The notes under the pieces were generated by a model. The model was not told where the DNA came from, searched no databases, and saw only the letters and a list, made by a program, of their open reading frames with translations. Of a DNA stretch of 64,000 nucleotides, positions 50,725-60,789 are shown one piece after another. The DNA lies in NCBI GenBank assembly GCA_965223425.1, contig OZ245003.1:448001-512000 (forward strand). Direction: 5' to 3'. Position 1 is the first letter of the stretch. Each line of letters opens with the position of its first letter. Source of the DNA: Nitrosopumilus sp. Lineage in GTDB: Archaea > Thermoproteota > Nitrososphaeria > Nitrososphaerales > Nitrosopumilaceae. Position numbers and translations under genes: made by a program.

Positions 50725-53700
50725 TTACACTTGGAATTTAGAGCTCAGCGTTGCTATTAATGCGTTAAGATCCTTGTCAGTTAATCCTGACTTTTTCATA
50801 TCTTTTAATATTTTAACTACGAGTTTTTCCATTTTCTTTTTTTGTTCGGGTCTTAATGATACTACGGTATGGTGTTCGCTGCCATCTGCATGAGTTACTG
50901 TTACCTGATATGACGGCTTTACAAAATTATTCGATATATTTGCAAAATGAATCGATGCTAGTCTCTTGAATTTTCCAGATATCGACATCAGGTTATTCTC
51001 AAACATTGCACGTTGATCATCAGTCCAAGATATAGGTGATACTTCTGTCAGGCTCAGGGCCACATAGTTTATCCAGTCCTCATCTCGCTCCAAGACATCA
51101 GATGATAATGCAGTAAGAAACACCTTCATCTTTTGATCAGTAATGCTTTGAAGCATTACAGAGGCAGCTTTTGACAGCTTTGCCCTGTTGTCGATTCCCG
51201 TTGAATCAAAGAGCATTTTTTTGATATCTTGCGTCAGCTTGAGGTATTCATTTTGTAGTGTGGTCTTGGATTTGGTAAGAGTGCTTGAGAATTTTACCAT
51301 GTCTTTTTGTGAGGTTTTAGAGTCAAATCCTAGTGCATTTGGAAGTGATTCAAACAACAAGGTGTCTGGCTCTACTGCGTGCAATACCGCATCTCTTACC
51401 GCCATAGAGTCTTTGTCAAGTCTTTTTGTCTGCTTTACATATGGGGGCAATGCAGACACGATTCGAACTAGGCGTGATACCACATCAAGCACACTGCCTT
51501 CCGAGTTTATCTCAAAGTCAGATATGACCGTCTTTAGCAGTTGCTTTTTGGATGGTGTGCTCTTGAAATATTTGACTTCAAAGTGATCAGGATTCTTTAT
51601 CATTCGCTCTGCAATCTCGATCATAATGTATGGTGTGTACGTGCCATGTTCATACAAGGCAATGTTGTTTTTGTATATCAAAAGAATTGCAACTGCAAAT
51701 ATTGCCAAAACGCCATCCTTTATTCCAAATGGCGAGAGTCTGCACATTTGATATATCTTTGATAGTGGTACTCGCTTGCTAGATTTTTTGATCATATGCA
51801 GAATCGCATCCCACGCCGGCTTGATTTCAGGCCCTCTTGGATCCTGCAGCTTCCATTTGTTTCCTATCGTACCGACATGAATTTTATGGTGATCAAATAT
51901 CGCATTGTATATTGCAACATCGGGACCAAATCCCTCCAGACCAAAGTTGGCCTGGTCTGCATGATTTATCATGTGTTCCAACAGCTTTCTTTTTGCGGCA
52001 GACCCCTGCGAGGATAAGACGGTTCTGTTTATCATCTCGTTGTATATGTGTGGGGTCTGAGGGTATTTTTCATTGCACACCCTGGAGATAATGGCACTTG
52101 GGGTTCCTGACTGTTTTACCGGTTTGTCTGTGAGATATGACCACATCGCGTTTGTTCCATATGTGATTCCAAATTCTCTATCCAAGATGATCTCGGCATC
52201 GGCCAGCCTTTCTTCTAGTTCTTTGCGCGCTACCCAGTCTGATATGACATCTTCGTTGTTGTCTAGAATATCGCGTATTGCCATTACCTCTGTTACTGCG
52301 TGTCGCAGATCAGAGGTGTCACCGGCAGTTACTACAACAAGGGGCTTGTCGGATTTGAATGCAAGGGAATCTCCGGTATTGTATATTATTGCACCGTCAT
52401 AGTTATCATCGAGTTTTATCTCCGGTGTCGTGGTAAATATCCGCTTGAACAGTCTGATTGTGCCGGTCTCTATGCTGTGCCTTGCGGCAACGACGGGTTC
52501 GAGGTTCATGACCTCTTGCAGCATGCCGGTCAGGGAGTACTTTTGATACCTCTTGCGGTACATGTCTAGCTTTGCTGCAATGTCAATGTCTGTACCATGC
52601 CATATCCTGTATTCGTCTGCATACTTTCTGTATGTAATGATGGATTTTTTCTCTAGTTTCTTCAGCACTTGCGTTGCCCCTTCACCCACCGCATAGTTGA
52701 TTATCTTACGTGATGCTCGAAGGTATCCGGATCTCCCAATCAGGTTTAGTATTCCTATGGTCTTGAGGGTCTTTGTCTCTTCCTTGGTCAGTCCGTGCGA
52801 GTCGCGTATTATGGTCTCGATCTCCATAAGTCTGGTAATGCTTGCAGAGCTTGAATGGATCATGCTAGTGCCGGATATGAAATAATCATACAATGTGTCG
52901 AGTCCTATCGACGGCAGCTCGTCTTCTTCCTTCCATGTATTCTCGTCGATGAATGTCGCAACCGTATGCTTGCCGGCATCTGATATAAACGACAGCAGGG
53001 TGCGCTCGTGCTGACCATACCGAGAGCATAACTCCGGCAGAACCTCTAATGCAAGCGGCTCTAGTGGATAGCATGCCGCTACTGTATTGGAGTCAAAGCC
53101 GCTGTCTATGCCGAGACTTTGCATCTGATTTGATTCTTTTTTGGCCCATCTGTAGACATGGCGGCGATTCTTGGTATTTTCGTCTGGTTTTATGGTATTT
53201 GAGATCAAAAGCCTGGTTTGGTCAGGTGAGTTTGCAAATGGAATATCCTCGAATCTTCCCTGGATCTTTGCCCATTCCTGTTTTTGTGTGGCAGAAACGC
53301 CGACTGCATATTCTTCGAACGCCATATGTTGTAACGTGATTATTGACAATGGGAGCTTTCTGCCCGGGCCGGACATCTCTGCAAGCTCCTGCAATAGGAA
53401 CAAGTCGCTTTGTTGGGACTCGTCGGTAGCAAAGTATTCTATGTTTTTGCCAAACTCGTCGATCATTATAACTACTGGCAATTCTTTGCACATGCTCGAT
53501 ATTATCTCCGTCACTTTTTTTGTTGTAGGTATCCTGTTGTTTTTCAAGTCGCGCATGCTTTTGCGCAGCTCGTTTGCCTGTGTGAAATTATTCGTAGTGT
53601 ATCTTTCAAAATATCTGGTTGCTCCGCCGTCTAGCGCGCGGAGTATGGTCGCAGTTATGGGTTCACGCCGCGCCGTTGCCGTACATCTTATCAATCCGTC

Positions 53701-54069
53701 ATTGTGGGTTTTTGTCTTTCCCCTTGCGCTGCGCAGTATCTGGGCAGTATCAGCTGATGTGGCCTTTAACGTCTTGTATGCCACTTGCCATTCAGCATCG
53801 TCTTTTGTTGCCAACAGTCCGTTTAGAAATATCATCATGGTGGACTTGCCCGAGCCGTATGGTCCTGTGATGGATAGCATCCTGCCACTTTTGGCTCCGC
53901 GCAGACCTGCAGAAAACCGTTCTATTATCTCAATGGTGCTAGCACTAGGAAGATAATTTTTCATGGTTGTAATGTCATCGTTTTCTATGTTTGCAGATGG
54001 GAATTGTTTTGGTGGCACCGTGACCAATCTGGACAGGGGAACGGCTTTGGATTTTTGAGCAACTCTCAA
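50725..54069 (-). CDS. Large P-loop ATPase, SspC/BrxC-like
   Basis: ITGPYGSGKS, IDEFGK, EWAKIQGRF, CYPL and GQHERTL motifs; 1114 aa. Confidence 0.85.
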   Translation of the reverse strand: MRVAQKSKAVPLSRLVTVPPKQFPSANIENDDITTMKNYLPSASTIEIIERFSAGLRGAKSGRMLSITGPYGSGKSTMMIFLNGLLATKDDAEWQVAYKTLKATSADTAQILRSARGKTKTHNDGLIRCTATARREPITATILRALDGGATRYFERYTTNNFTQANELRKSMRDLKNNRIPTTKKVTEIISSMCKELPVVIMIDEFGKNIEYFATDESQQSDLFLLQELAEMSGPGRKLPLSIITLQHMAFEEYAVGVSATQKQEWAKIQGRFEDIPFANSPDQTRLLISNTIKPDENTKNRRHVYRWAKKESNQMQSLGIDSGFDSNTVAACYPLEPLALEVLPELCSRYGQHERTLLSFISDAGKHTVATFIDENTWKEEDELPSIGLDTLYDYFISGTSMIHSSSASITRLMEIETIIRDSHGLTKEETKTLKTIGILNLIGRSGYLRASRKIINYAVGEGATQVLKKLEKKSIITYRKYADEYRIWHGTDIDIAAKLDMYRKRYQKYSLTGMLQEVMNLEPVVAARHSIETGTIRLFKRIFTTTPEIKLDDNYDGAIIYNTGDSLAFKSDKPLVVVTAGDTSDLRHAVTEVMAIRDILDNNEDVISDWVARKELEERLADAEIILDREFGITYGTNAMWSYLTDKPVKQSGTPSAIISRVCNEKYPQTPHIYNEMINRTVLSSQGSAAKRKLLEHMINHADQANFGLEGFGPDVAIYNAIFDHHKIHVGTIGNKWKLQDPRGPEIKPAWDAILHMIKKSSKRVPLSKIYQMCRLSPFGIKDGVLAIFAVAILLIYKNNIALYEHGTYTPYIMIEIAERMIKNPDHFEVKYFKSTPSKKQLLKTVISDFEINSEGSVLDVVSRLVRIVSALPPYVKQTKRLDKDSMAVRDAVLHAVEPDTLLFESLPNALGFDSKTSQKDMVKFSSTLTKSKTTLQNEYLKLTQDIKKMLFDSTGIDNRAKLSKAASVMLQSITDQKMKVFLTALSSDVLERDEDWINYVALSLTEVSPISWTDDQRAMFENNLMSISGKFKRLASIHFANISNNFVKPSYQVTVTHADGSEHHTVVSLRPEQKKKMEKLVVKILKDMKKSGLTDKDLNALIATLSSKFQV

Positions 54070-55019
54070 TGTGTCAACAACCTCATCTGTGGATTCTTGT
54101 CAAGGCGGAGCTTTCTACCGTATGCCAGATGTAGTATCTCCATATGGGCCTTTTCTACAGAGTCAAAGACTAGATGCTGTGCCCCGTTGATGTTGGACAT
54201 CCTTATCGACTCTGCCTTGTTGCATGCCTCCTGGAGCATGTCGGCAATATCATTTTCACCCATCTTGAAGACATTTCCAACGCTTCCGGTCTCGGTTGCA
54301 AGCCTGCCAACGGAGATGCTCTTTGAGGTTATGCCTGCCCTACCCACAAAGTCAATGCACGCAAAGGCCACGATCAGGGGCGATATGCCGTGTTTTTTGC
54401 CAAATACGAACCTCATCGTATCCTTTGAGCTCTGCTTTATCAGGTGTAGCTGTCGGAATGGGCAGTCTAGATAGTCCTCAATGGATAGCTTGGCCTGTCT
54501 GGTACTATAGGTGCGTATGAACACGTCGATATCCTTTTTGACGGATTTTTCACTGGGAGTGTTCCAGTCAGACAGGTTTCTGACGCGCGCCATAACCGAC
54601 TCTGTTACATCCTCGATCTTGAGGTTTGTAGCAGAAAACTCGTTCATAATTATCCACCATACCGGAACCTTGCAAGGAGGGGCAAACAACAGCCAGTGCA
54701 ACAACCACAATGTATCGGGTTGTTCAAGGTAGGGATCAAGACCCTTTTCTCCAAATATAGTGCGTCCCATGTGTGTGGGCTCCCATGTGGCCTTACTTGA
54801 ATGACCGCGTGGTTCTATTATCTTGTTTGCCGTACTCCAAAACCTCATGGAACGAACCATGTTCTTTCCTACTCCGAGTCGTATGGTCGCGTCATCACGT
54901 GAAAATATTTTCCTATCATCTCTTGCCTTGTCATATGCCTTTTTGAGCCATCCGTATCGAAGATGGAATGATTCGTGGTTTGCAAACACGGGTGCAGGTA
55001 TTGCTTCTGTGATCAACAT
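54066..55019 (-). CDS. DUF4007 family protein, SspB-like
   Basis: FANHESFHLRYGWLKK, LGVGKNMV and DPYLE..TLWLLHW motifs. Confidence 0.9.
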   Translation of the reverse strand: MLITEAIPAPVFANHESFHLRYGWLKKAYDKARDDRKIFSRDDATIRLGVGKNMVRSMRFWSTANKIIEPRGHSSKATWEPTHMGRTIFGEKGLDPYLEQPDTLWLLHWLLFAPPCKVPVWWIIMNEFSATNLKIEDVTESVMARVRNLSDWNTPSEKSVKKDIDVFIRTYSTRQAKLSIEDYLDCPFRQLHLIKQSSKDTMRFVFGKKHGISPLIVAFACIDFVGRAGITSKSISVGRLATETGSVGNVFKMGENDIADMLQEACNKAESIRMSNINGAQHLVFDSVEKAHMEILHLAYGRKLRLDKNPQMRLLTH

Positions 55020-56194
55020 TATATCTTTGCAACCTCCGCTTCTTTTCCTCTAACATATTGTACCGCATTTACAATCGAGTTTACTGCCACATCGATATCC
55101 TGTTGCGTTGTATGGCGTCCTATTGATATCCGTATTGATTCGTTTGCCTCGTCTGTATTCAAACCCATGGCAGTGAGAACATGGGATGGTTCCATAGCTG
55201 CTGACGAGCAGGCGCTACCTGTTGCTATCTCTATTTCAGGAGCATTTACAATTACTGCATCAGCAAGTGCGCCGTTGATTCGTATACTTGATGTGTTTGG
55301 AATTCTGTCTGCGTTTTTTCCATTTATTGAAACATCTGAAATAGAGTCTGTTATCTTTTTCTCAAAATTATCTCGTAGCTGTTTTTGTCGTGGACTGTCA
55401 CCCAATCCCTTGACTGATGCAATCTCGCAGGCTTTGCCAAATCCGACTATGCCTGGTACGTTGAGTGTTCCACTGCGCATGTTTTTCTCCTGGCCCCCAC
55501 CATACAGTATTCCCTGCATCTGTTTTCTAGCATGTCTGGTGGCTACTAGCGCACCACATCCCTTGGGACCGTAAATCTTGTGGCTGCTAAACGTTACCAT
55601 GTCAATATCAAGATCCTCTGCGTTAAAGGGAATCTTTCCTATGGCCTGTGTGGCATCACAATGAACTAGGGCATTATATGCATGGGCCCGTTGAGCAATC
55701 TCTTTGATTGGCTGAATTACGCCCGTCTCGCTGTTTGCAGCCATCACCGAGACAATATCTATTCCTCCATTAAACAATTCTTTCTCCAACATGCTAAGGT
55801 CGATTATGCCATCTTTGTTTACCGGAATTTTTCTGACATTGGCTTCCTTCTCTGACAACAACCTGCACGGTTCTAGAACTGATTTGTGTTCTGTGCTTCC
55901 AACTAGAACGCGTAATGGGCTTTCCTTGTTTATTGATAATCCAAAAAAGATCATGTTATTGGCCTCGGTGGCACCAGATGTGAATATAACATCAGCCGGC
56001 CTCATCCCCACAATGTCTGCAACATGTGTCCGTGCATCCTCCACTAGGTCGGCTGCAATATTTCCGGTATTGTGATTCTCACTTGATGGATTTCCAAAAT
56101 TTTTTGTAAATACAGGGATCATGGATTCTAACACACTTTCATCAACTGGGGTAGTAGAGTTGTAATCAAGATATGCCACGTAATAGATTTTCAA
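55019..56194 (-). CDS. Cysteine desulfurase (SspA/DndA/IscS-like)
   Basis: YLDYNSTTP, FTSGATE, SSHKIYGPKG and GSACSS motifs. Confidence 0.95.
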   Translation of the reverse strand: MKIYYVAYLDYNSTTPVDESVLESMIPVFTKNFGNPSSENHNTGNIAADLVEDARTHVADIVGMRPADVIFTSGATEANNMIFFGLSINKESPLRVLVGSTEHKSVLEPCRLLSEKEANVRKIPVNKDGIIDLSMLEKELFNGGIDIVSVMAANSETGVIQPIKEIAQRAHAYNALVHCDATQAIGKIPFNAEDLDIDMVTFSSHKIYGPKGCGALVATRHARKQMQGILYGGGQEKNMRSGTLNVPGIVGFGKACEIASVKGLGDSPRQKQLRDNFEKKITDSISDVSINGKNADRIPNTSSIRINGALADAVIVNAPEIEIATGSACSSAAMEPSHVLTAMGLNTDEANESIRISIGRHTTQQDIDVAVNSIVNAVQYVRGKEAEVAKI

Positions 56195-56774
56195 TCATGA
56201 TTTATATCTCTAATCTATTTCAAGCAGTGCGAGCTTGGGGTCACATCCTGACGATCTGTCGCTTATTATAGAATCACAGCATTTGTAATGCATCTTTGGA
56301 TCTGCTCCGATCATCCGGACTCGATCTCTGATTTACAGAGCTCGCCCTCTCCAGAGTGCAAGCCCGTCAGGCAAGACTATTATGATACAGTGCCGTAATA
56401 TTAAACCGATGACAGCACAGAGTACCCACTCTTTCCAATCATCAAAGTTCGTCGGGCCCACCGGCCTCAACCGAGAAAAGCTGGCAGGGAAGATTTCAAA
56501 AATGTCATAGATCCGTACACCCATTACCATACATGACGTACAGGAATTCGGACAAGTCTGGGTTTCGTACGCTATACCGATTAGGTGTCATCCAACCAGC
56601 ACAAAAAACACAAAACTAACACGAAAAGGAAACTTTATGATACCCATGCTGTATTAATCATCGTGCCAAAAACACAAGATCCAAACAATCCTGAAAATAA
56701 AGATGGGGAGCCGGCCGGAAGACACAGACTCCCGCCGAGGGCGCCATCATTTTAGTTTAAATCCCTCACCGATA

Positions 56775-57062
56775 TTCTACATCATCGAGTCTTAAACTAA
56801 CAAAAAACTTGGAAAAGAAGTAACTTTTGATGATTATCGTAAAAACAAGCCTGTTATTGCAGCTGAAGTTGGCCGAGCTTTATCTCAATTAATTCATTAC
56901 AAAGAAAAACTTGGAACAGAAAAATACAATATTGTTGAGGGAATTGTAGTTATTGGAAGAAAAACTAAAGAATCAGATTATTTCATCAAAGTTTTTAGTA
57001 CTTATCTTCATAGCATAGAGATTACCACGTTTGATGACTTGTATGATAAAGCATCAGTCATA
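56775..57062 (+). pseudogene. Shedu (DUF4263)-like nuclease C-terminal fragment
   Basis: FYIIES*...GRALSQLIHY...GIVVIGR...IEITTFDDL; stop at the expected ExK Lys position; cut by IS630. Confidence 0.65.
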
Positions 57063-58170
57063 TAGTCTCGAGCAAAAGTTCTTGAGATCAAATATGTTAG
57101 ACAGAAATACATTTTGATCACGCCGCACCACGCATTGCAATGCCCACAGTAAAATCCGAAGACCTGAAGAAAGCGTACAAGAGGGAGAAGAACCCTCGTG
57201 TCAAGATCAGAATGGCGGCCGTAAACATGGTGTGCATGAACAATGAAAGCATTCAACATGTGGCAGACTCGCTCATGCAGTGCCCCAACTGGGTGTCCTT
57301 CTGGGTGGAACGCTTCAAGGAGGAGGAGGGCGGCATAGACGCCCTCCGGGATCTTCCAAAGACAGGCAGGCCGCCAAAGGTTCGGTTGGACAAGATTGCA
57401 AGGGTTGTATCAGATGCAAACAGCAGCGGCATTATTACGCCAAAAAGACTCAAAAGCGACATACAAAAAAGATTCAAAGTAAAATACCACATAACCAGCA
57501 TCAGAAAGATAATGCACAAGCTTGGAATGTCTGCCAAGACGGCTCAGCGCATCCACATCAGCAGGGCAGAAATTGACAAAATCAAAAGGTGGCAACACAA
57601 TGCAAAAAGGCGGATTTCACGCCTGGAATTGAAGGGTTTTACAACTGTCGTTTTTGACGAATCGATATTCATCGACGATCCTGCAAGTGGCGCAAAGTAC
57701 TGATCACCAAAAGGGGAGCCAATCACAACGACATACAAGGGACGGCACGGCAGGGTGGTGGCATACGGCTCCATTGCGACAGACGGCAGGCAGTTCTTTA
57801 GGACATATGACAGGTTTGACAAGGAGACGGTTCTGCAATACATCAAGGAGATGACAAGTCATTTTGGCAAGGTGACAATCATCATGGACAACGCGCCGCA
57901 GCACAAGGCAAGGATTGTAAAAGAGTTTCTTGCAGGCAACCCCGATGTCAGGACAATATGGCTTCCGACTGCAACGCCTGAGCTCAGTGCAGTTGAGGAG
58001 TACTGGCATCAGGCAAAACGGGACGTGTCGGTATCTGAATATTACGCTACGGTTGTGCACATGCGCCATGCAATGTCAGAATATTTCAGGACAGCCCGTC
58101 CCAAGCTTGATGCGATGAAGTTTATCTGTAGAAGGTCGCTCACTCTCAAAAACTTTTGATTGACACTATA
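57061..58170 (+). mobile_element. IS630-family element, transposase 57140-58159 with internal TGA
   Basis: Imperfect TIRs TATAGTCTCGAGCAAAAGTTCTTGAGA / TCTCAAAAACTTTTGATTGACACTATA; FDES, MDNAPQH and LSAVEEYW motifs; in-frame stop at 57701-57703. Confidence 0.9.
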
Positions 58171-58263
58171 TCTTACATGACTTCCAACTTGATGAATTTT
58201 CTTAAAACCAATTTTCTCAATAATCTTACACATATCTCTACCAAAAATGAGATTAAGTTTCAT
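58169..58263 (-). pseudogene. hicA: HicA toxin, truncated by IS630
   Basis: IEKIGF..HQVGSHVRY, then IS sequence. Confidence 0.8.
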
Positions 58264-58475
58264 TATGCTTGAATCTGTTGTATTCCTACAAATCTTAATG
58301 GTTCTACATCTTCATCTTTACTACAAGATGATATAGCTTCTTTGATTCTATCTGTTGCTTCTGTTACTGTTTTTCCTTGAGTGTAGCATCCTGAAATATT
58401 TGGAACTTTTGCTATATACATACCATCTTCATCCTGTTCTATGATTACGGTGTATGTTTTTTCTTGTGTCCTCAT
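58263..58475 (-). CDS. hicB: HicB-like antitoxin
   Basis: YTVIIEQDEDG.YIAKVP...GCYTQGKT..EA. Confidence 0.9.
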   Translation of the reverse strand: MRTQEKTYTVIIEQDEDGMYIAKVPNISGCYTQGKTVTEATDRIKEAISSCSKDEDVEPLRFVGIQQIQA

Positions 58476-58590
58476 TAATTACGATACTTTGATATTTCTT
58501 TAAACTCTTACGATCCTACCTTTGGTTTTTTGAGTGATTTTGTGACTATCTAGGCGTGAATAAATTAGGGATATGAACAGATCTCCAGAA

Positions 58591-58614
58591 TCATTCTGAG
58601 GACACCATCATTTT
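58591..58614. repeat. Degenerate att-like copy of tRNA-Asp 3' end
   Basis: TCATTCTGAGGACACCATCATTTT vs TCCCGCCGAGGGCGCCATCATTTT (18/24). Confidence 0.45.
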
Positions 58615-58741
58615 TCTAAATTTGATTTGTTGAAAATATCTTTTAACCGATCAGAAATACATTGTATAATTTATAATCGAAAAAGAAATTTTGCATGATT
58701 TTCCTACAAGAATATTAAAATTCAGGCAATTTTAGTAGATT

Positions 58742-59428
58742 TTGATGTCTGAAGAAAAAGATGAATCTGAAGTAGAAGCAACATCTACCGAAGACTCAGC
58801 TTCTGAAACACCATCCAAAGAATCTAAAAAACCTAAAGCCTCTGATGAAGCAGCTGAAGTCGAAGCCACAATAAAGGCTGCAGAAAAAGCAGAAGCTGAA
58901 GCACAAAAAGCTCTTGAAAAAGCAAAAGCGGCAAAAGAAAAAGCAGAAGCTGCAGCAGAAGCAGAATACAAGGCAATTGCCAATGAGATAAAAGCAGAAG
59001 CGGCAAAGGCATCTGATTACACTTTCAAAAGGCAAGGTGAAGAAATCTTTAGACGAGAAATGGGAGAGCCCGAATTTTTCTTAGATAAAAAAAACCGATT
59101 CCCACGCCCAATCCTTTCACCTGAAGAACAAGAAACTATAACAAGAAAAGCTGAGATGTTCAAAGACACTACCCCTGATTATGTTCCTGAACATGTTCTT
59201 AGTCCGGAATTTGGTGGTATTTCCAACTATGAACGTAGCGTAGATGAATTTTTAAAAGTAGCCAAACTAAATCTTGAAACACTAAAAGCTGATCCGGATG
59301 CTACAGAAAAACAAATCCAAGACGCTAAAGATGAAATTACTTATTTAGAATCATTACATGAAAACTATTACATTGGAATGAATGTTTTCAGAACTGCAAA
59401 AGGTGGACGAGACAAGATTAAATCTTAA
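58742..59428 (+). CDS. Conserved hypothetical protein with Ala/Glu/Lys-rich N-terminus
   Basis: 228 aa, host-like composition. Confidence 0.8.
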   Translation: MMSEEKDESEVEATSTEDSASETPSKESKKPKASDEAAEVEATIKAAEKAEAEAQKALEKAKAAKEKAEAAAEAEYKAIANEIKAEAAKASDYTFKRQGEEIFRREMGEPEFFLDKKNRFPRPILSPEEQETITRKAEMFKDTTPDYVPEHVLSPEFGGISNYERSVDEFLKVAKLNLETLKADPDATEKQIQDAKDEITYLESLHENYYIGMNVFRTAKGGRDKIKS

Positions 59429-59438
59429 TGGTGATGAT

Positions 59439-60515
59439 ATGAGTGAAGTAAATTTTGATGTAATGAATGCACGTGTCACTTTCAAAAACATCCCTTTACA
59501 TACGTTATCAAAATTTGCCTTCAAAGATGTAATAGCAGCATGTAAGGAATTCAAAAAAATTCCTGCTGTAGATGAATGCATCATTATCCAAACTGCAAGT
59601 AGGGTTGAAATATTTCTGGTAAGTATTGTTGAAACTCCTGATTCTCCTGACGCTAGAAGAGCTGAAGGAAAAACTCTTGTGTTAAACCAAGTTAAAGATA
59701 CATGGATATCTTTGTCATCCTTAGAACAAATTGATATTGATCACTTTGATCAAACTCTTGAAGTGTACAAAGGCGACGACGTATATCTTCATTTATTGCG
59801 TTTAGCATCTGGAATAGACTCTTTTGTTGTAGGAAAACAAGAGGTTTACGATGAGATTGTTCAATCTTTAGCTAATGCAAAAAATGCAGGCGTTTCAGGT
59901 AAAATCACTAACAAACTATTTGAAAGCGTAATTAGATTAGCCACACGAATGCGTGATACTACTGGAATTGGAAAAGACACTGTCTCTCTTGGCGATGTTG
60001 CAGTAAAATTAGTAGATGAAAAAGCTGGACTTGATTCCAAGAAAAAAATCTTAATTATTGGCACTGGTGAGCCTGCAGCTATGCTTGCAAAAACTTTGAA
60101 TAAAAAAGATGCTGCATTTGATGTGGCCAGTAGAAGCGTTGACCGTGCAACCGGATTTACAACGCTTTTGGGAGGTAACCCTGTTGACTTTAACGATGTT
60201 TTAGCTGGTTTTGGCAAATATGACATTATCTTTGTTGCAACAACATCTGATTATTTCTTAATCACCTACGACAGAATTCATTTGGTAATGGAAGAAAAGA
60301 AAAAAGGTACTCTGATTTTAGATTTGTCTGATCCTAGAACCGTTGATGAAGGAATTACCGCTCTTCCGGGAATAAAATTATTGTTCAGAGATCAAATTTA
60401 TGAAATTTTTGAAGAAAGTGTCAAGGCCAGAGCCGGTATTGTCCCTGCAGTGGAAAAAATCATAGAAAAAGAAATTCCTGTCTTATCTGCAACAATGAAA
60501 AAATTAGACGCTTAA
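59439..60515 (+). CDS. Glutamyl-tRNA reductase-like protein (divergent; catalytic Cys absent)
   Basis: HemA-like architecture (ASGIDSFVVG, IGTGEPA, DLSDPR) but QTASRVE in place of TCNR. Confidence 0.8.
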   Translation: MSEVNFDVMNARVTFKNIPLHTLSKFAFKDVIAACKEFKKIPAVDECIIIQTASRVEIFLVSIVETPDSPDARRAEGKTLVLNQVKDTWISLSSLEQIDIDHFDQTLEVYKGDDVYLHLLRLASGIDSFVVGKQEVYDEIVQSLANAKNAGVSGKITNKLFESVIRLATRMRDTTGIGKDTVSLGDVAVKLVDEKAGLDSKKKILIIGTGEPAAMLAKTLNKKDAAFDVASRSVDRATGFTTLLGGNPVDFNDVLAGFGKYDIIFVATTSDYFLITYDRIHLVMEEKKKGTLILDLSDPRTVDEGITALPGIKLLFRDQIYEIFEESVKARAGIVPAVEKIIEKEIPVLSATMKKLDA

Positions 60516-60516
60516 T

Positions 60517-60684
60517 TTAGATGCCTTGCTTTCTTAAAAGAAACTGCATTACGGCTTCTTTAGAATAATCTATTCCATGTTCATCATCAGTGTGTGTTCT
60601 AAAATTCTCAATCACTTCTTCCATTCCCCCTTCAGCTACAAAATCACATTCAAAACCATAATCTCCACACTTGAGTTTTGCCAT
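60517..60684 (-). CDS. DUF1059-like small metal-binding protein (not in ORF track)
   Basis: MAKLKCGDYGFECDF...HTDDEHG, 55 aa. Confidence 0.8.
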   Translation of the reverse strand: MAKLKCGDYGFECDFVAEGGMEEVIENFRTHTDDEHGIDYSKEAVMQFLLRKQGI

Positions 60685-60789
60685 ATCTTGGAAAAAATCC
60701 TGTGATATAAATATCCACAGGTGTATTTTCCCTTAGTCAAAACCGCTTTTCTTATTCTTAAAATTGGATCTTAATTGACTTTTTGAAAA

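Larger units (their letters stand above)
32163..56748. mobile_element. Integrative element B in tRNA-Asp (~24.6 kb)
   Basis: 19-bp exact direct repeat TCCCGCCGAGGGCGCCATC at 32163-32181 and 56730-56748; intact integrase next to the tRNA. Confidence 0.93.

Noticed and set aside
32246-56748. Provirus or complete conjugative ICE
   Set aside because: No recognisable capsid, terminase, portal or multi-TM mating-pair genes.
57701-57703. Programmed readthrough or selenocysteine in the IS630 transposase
   Set aside because: The position aligns with Trp in the other IS630 (LWSR vs Y*SP); a TGG-to-TGA nonsense mutation is the simpler explanation.
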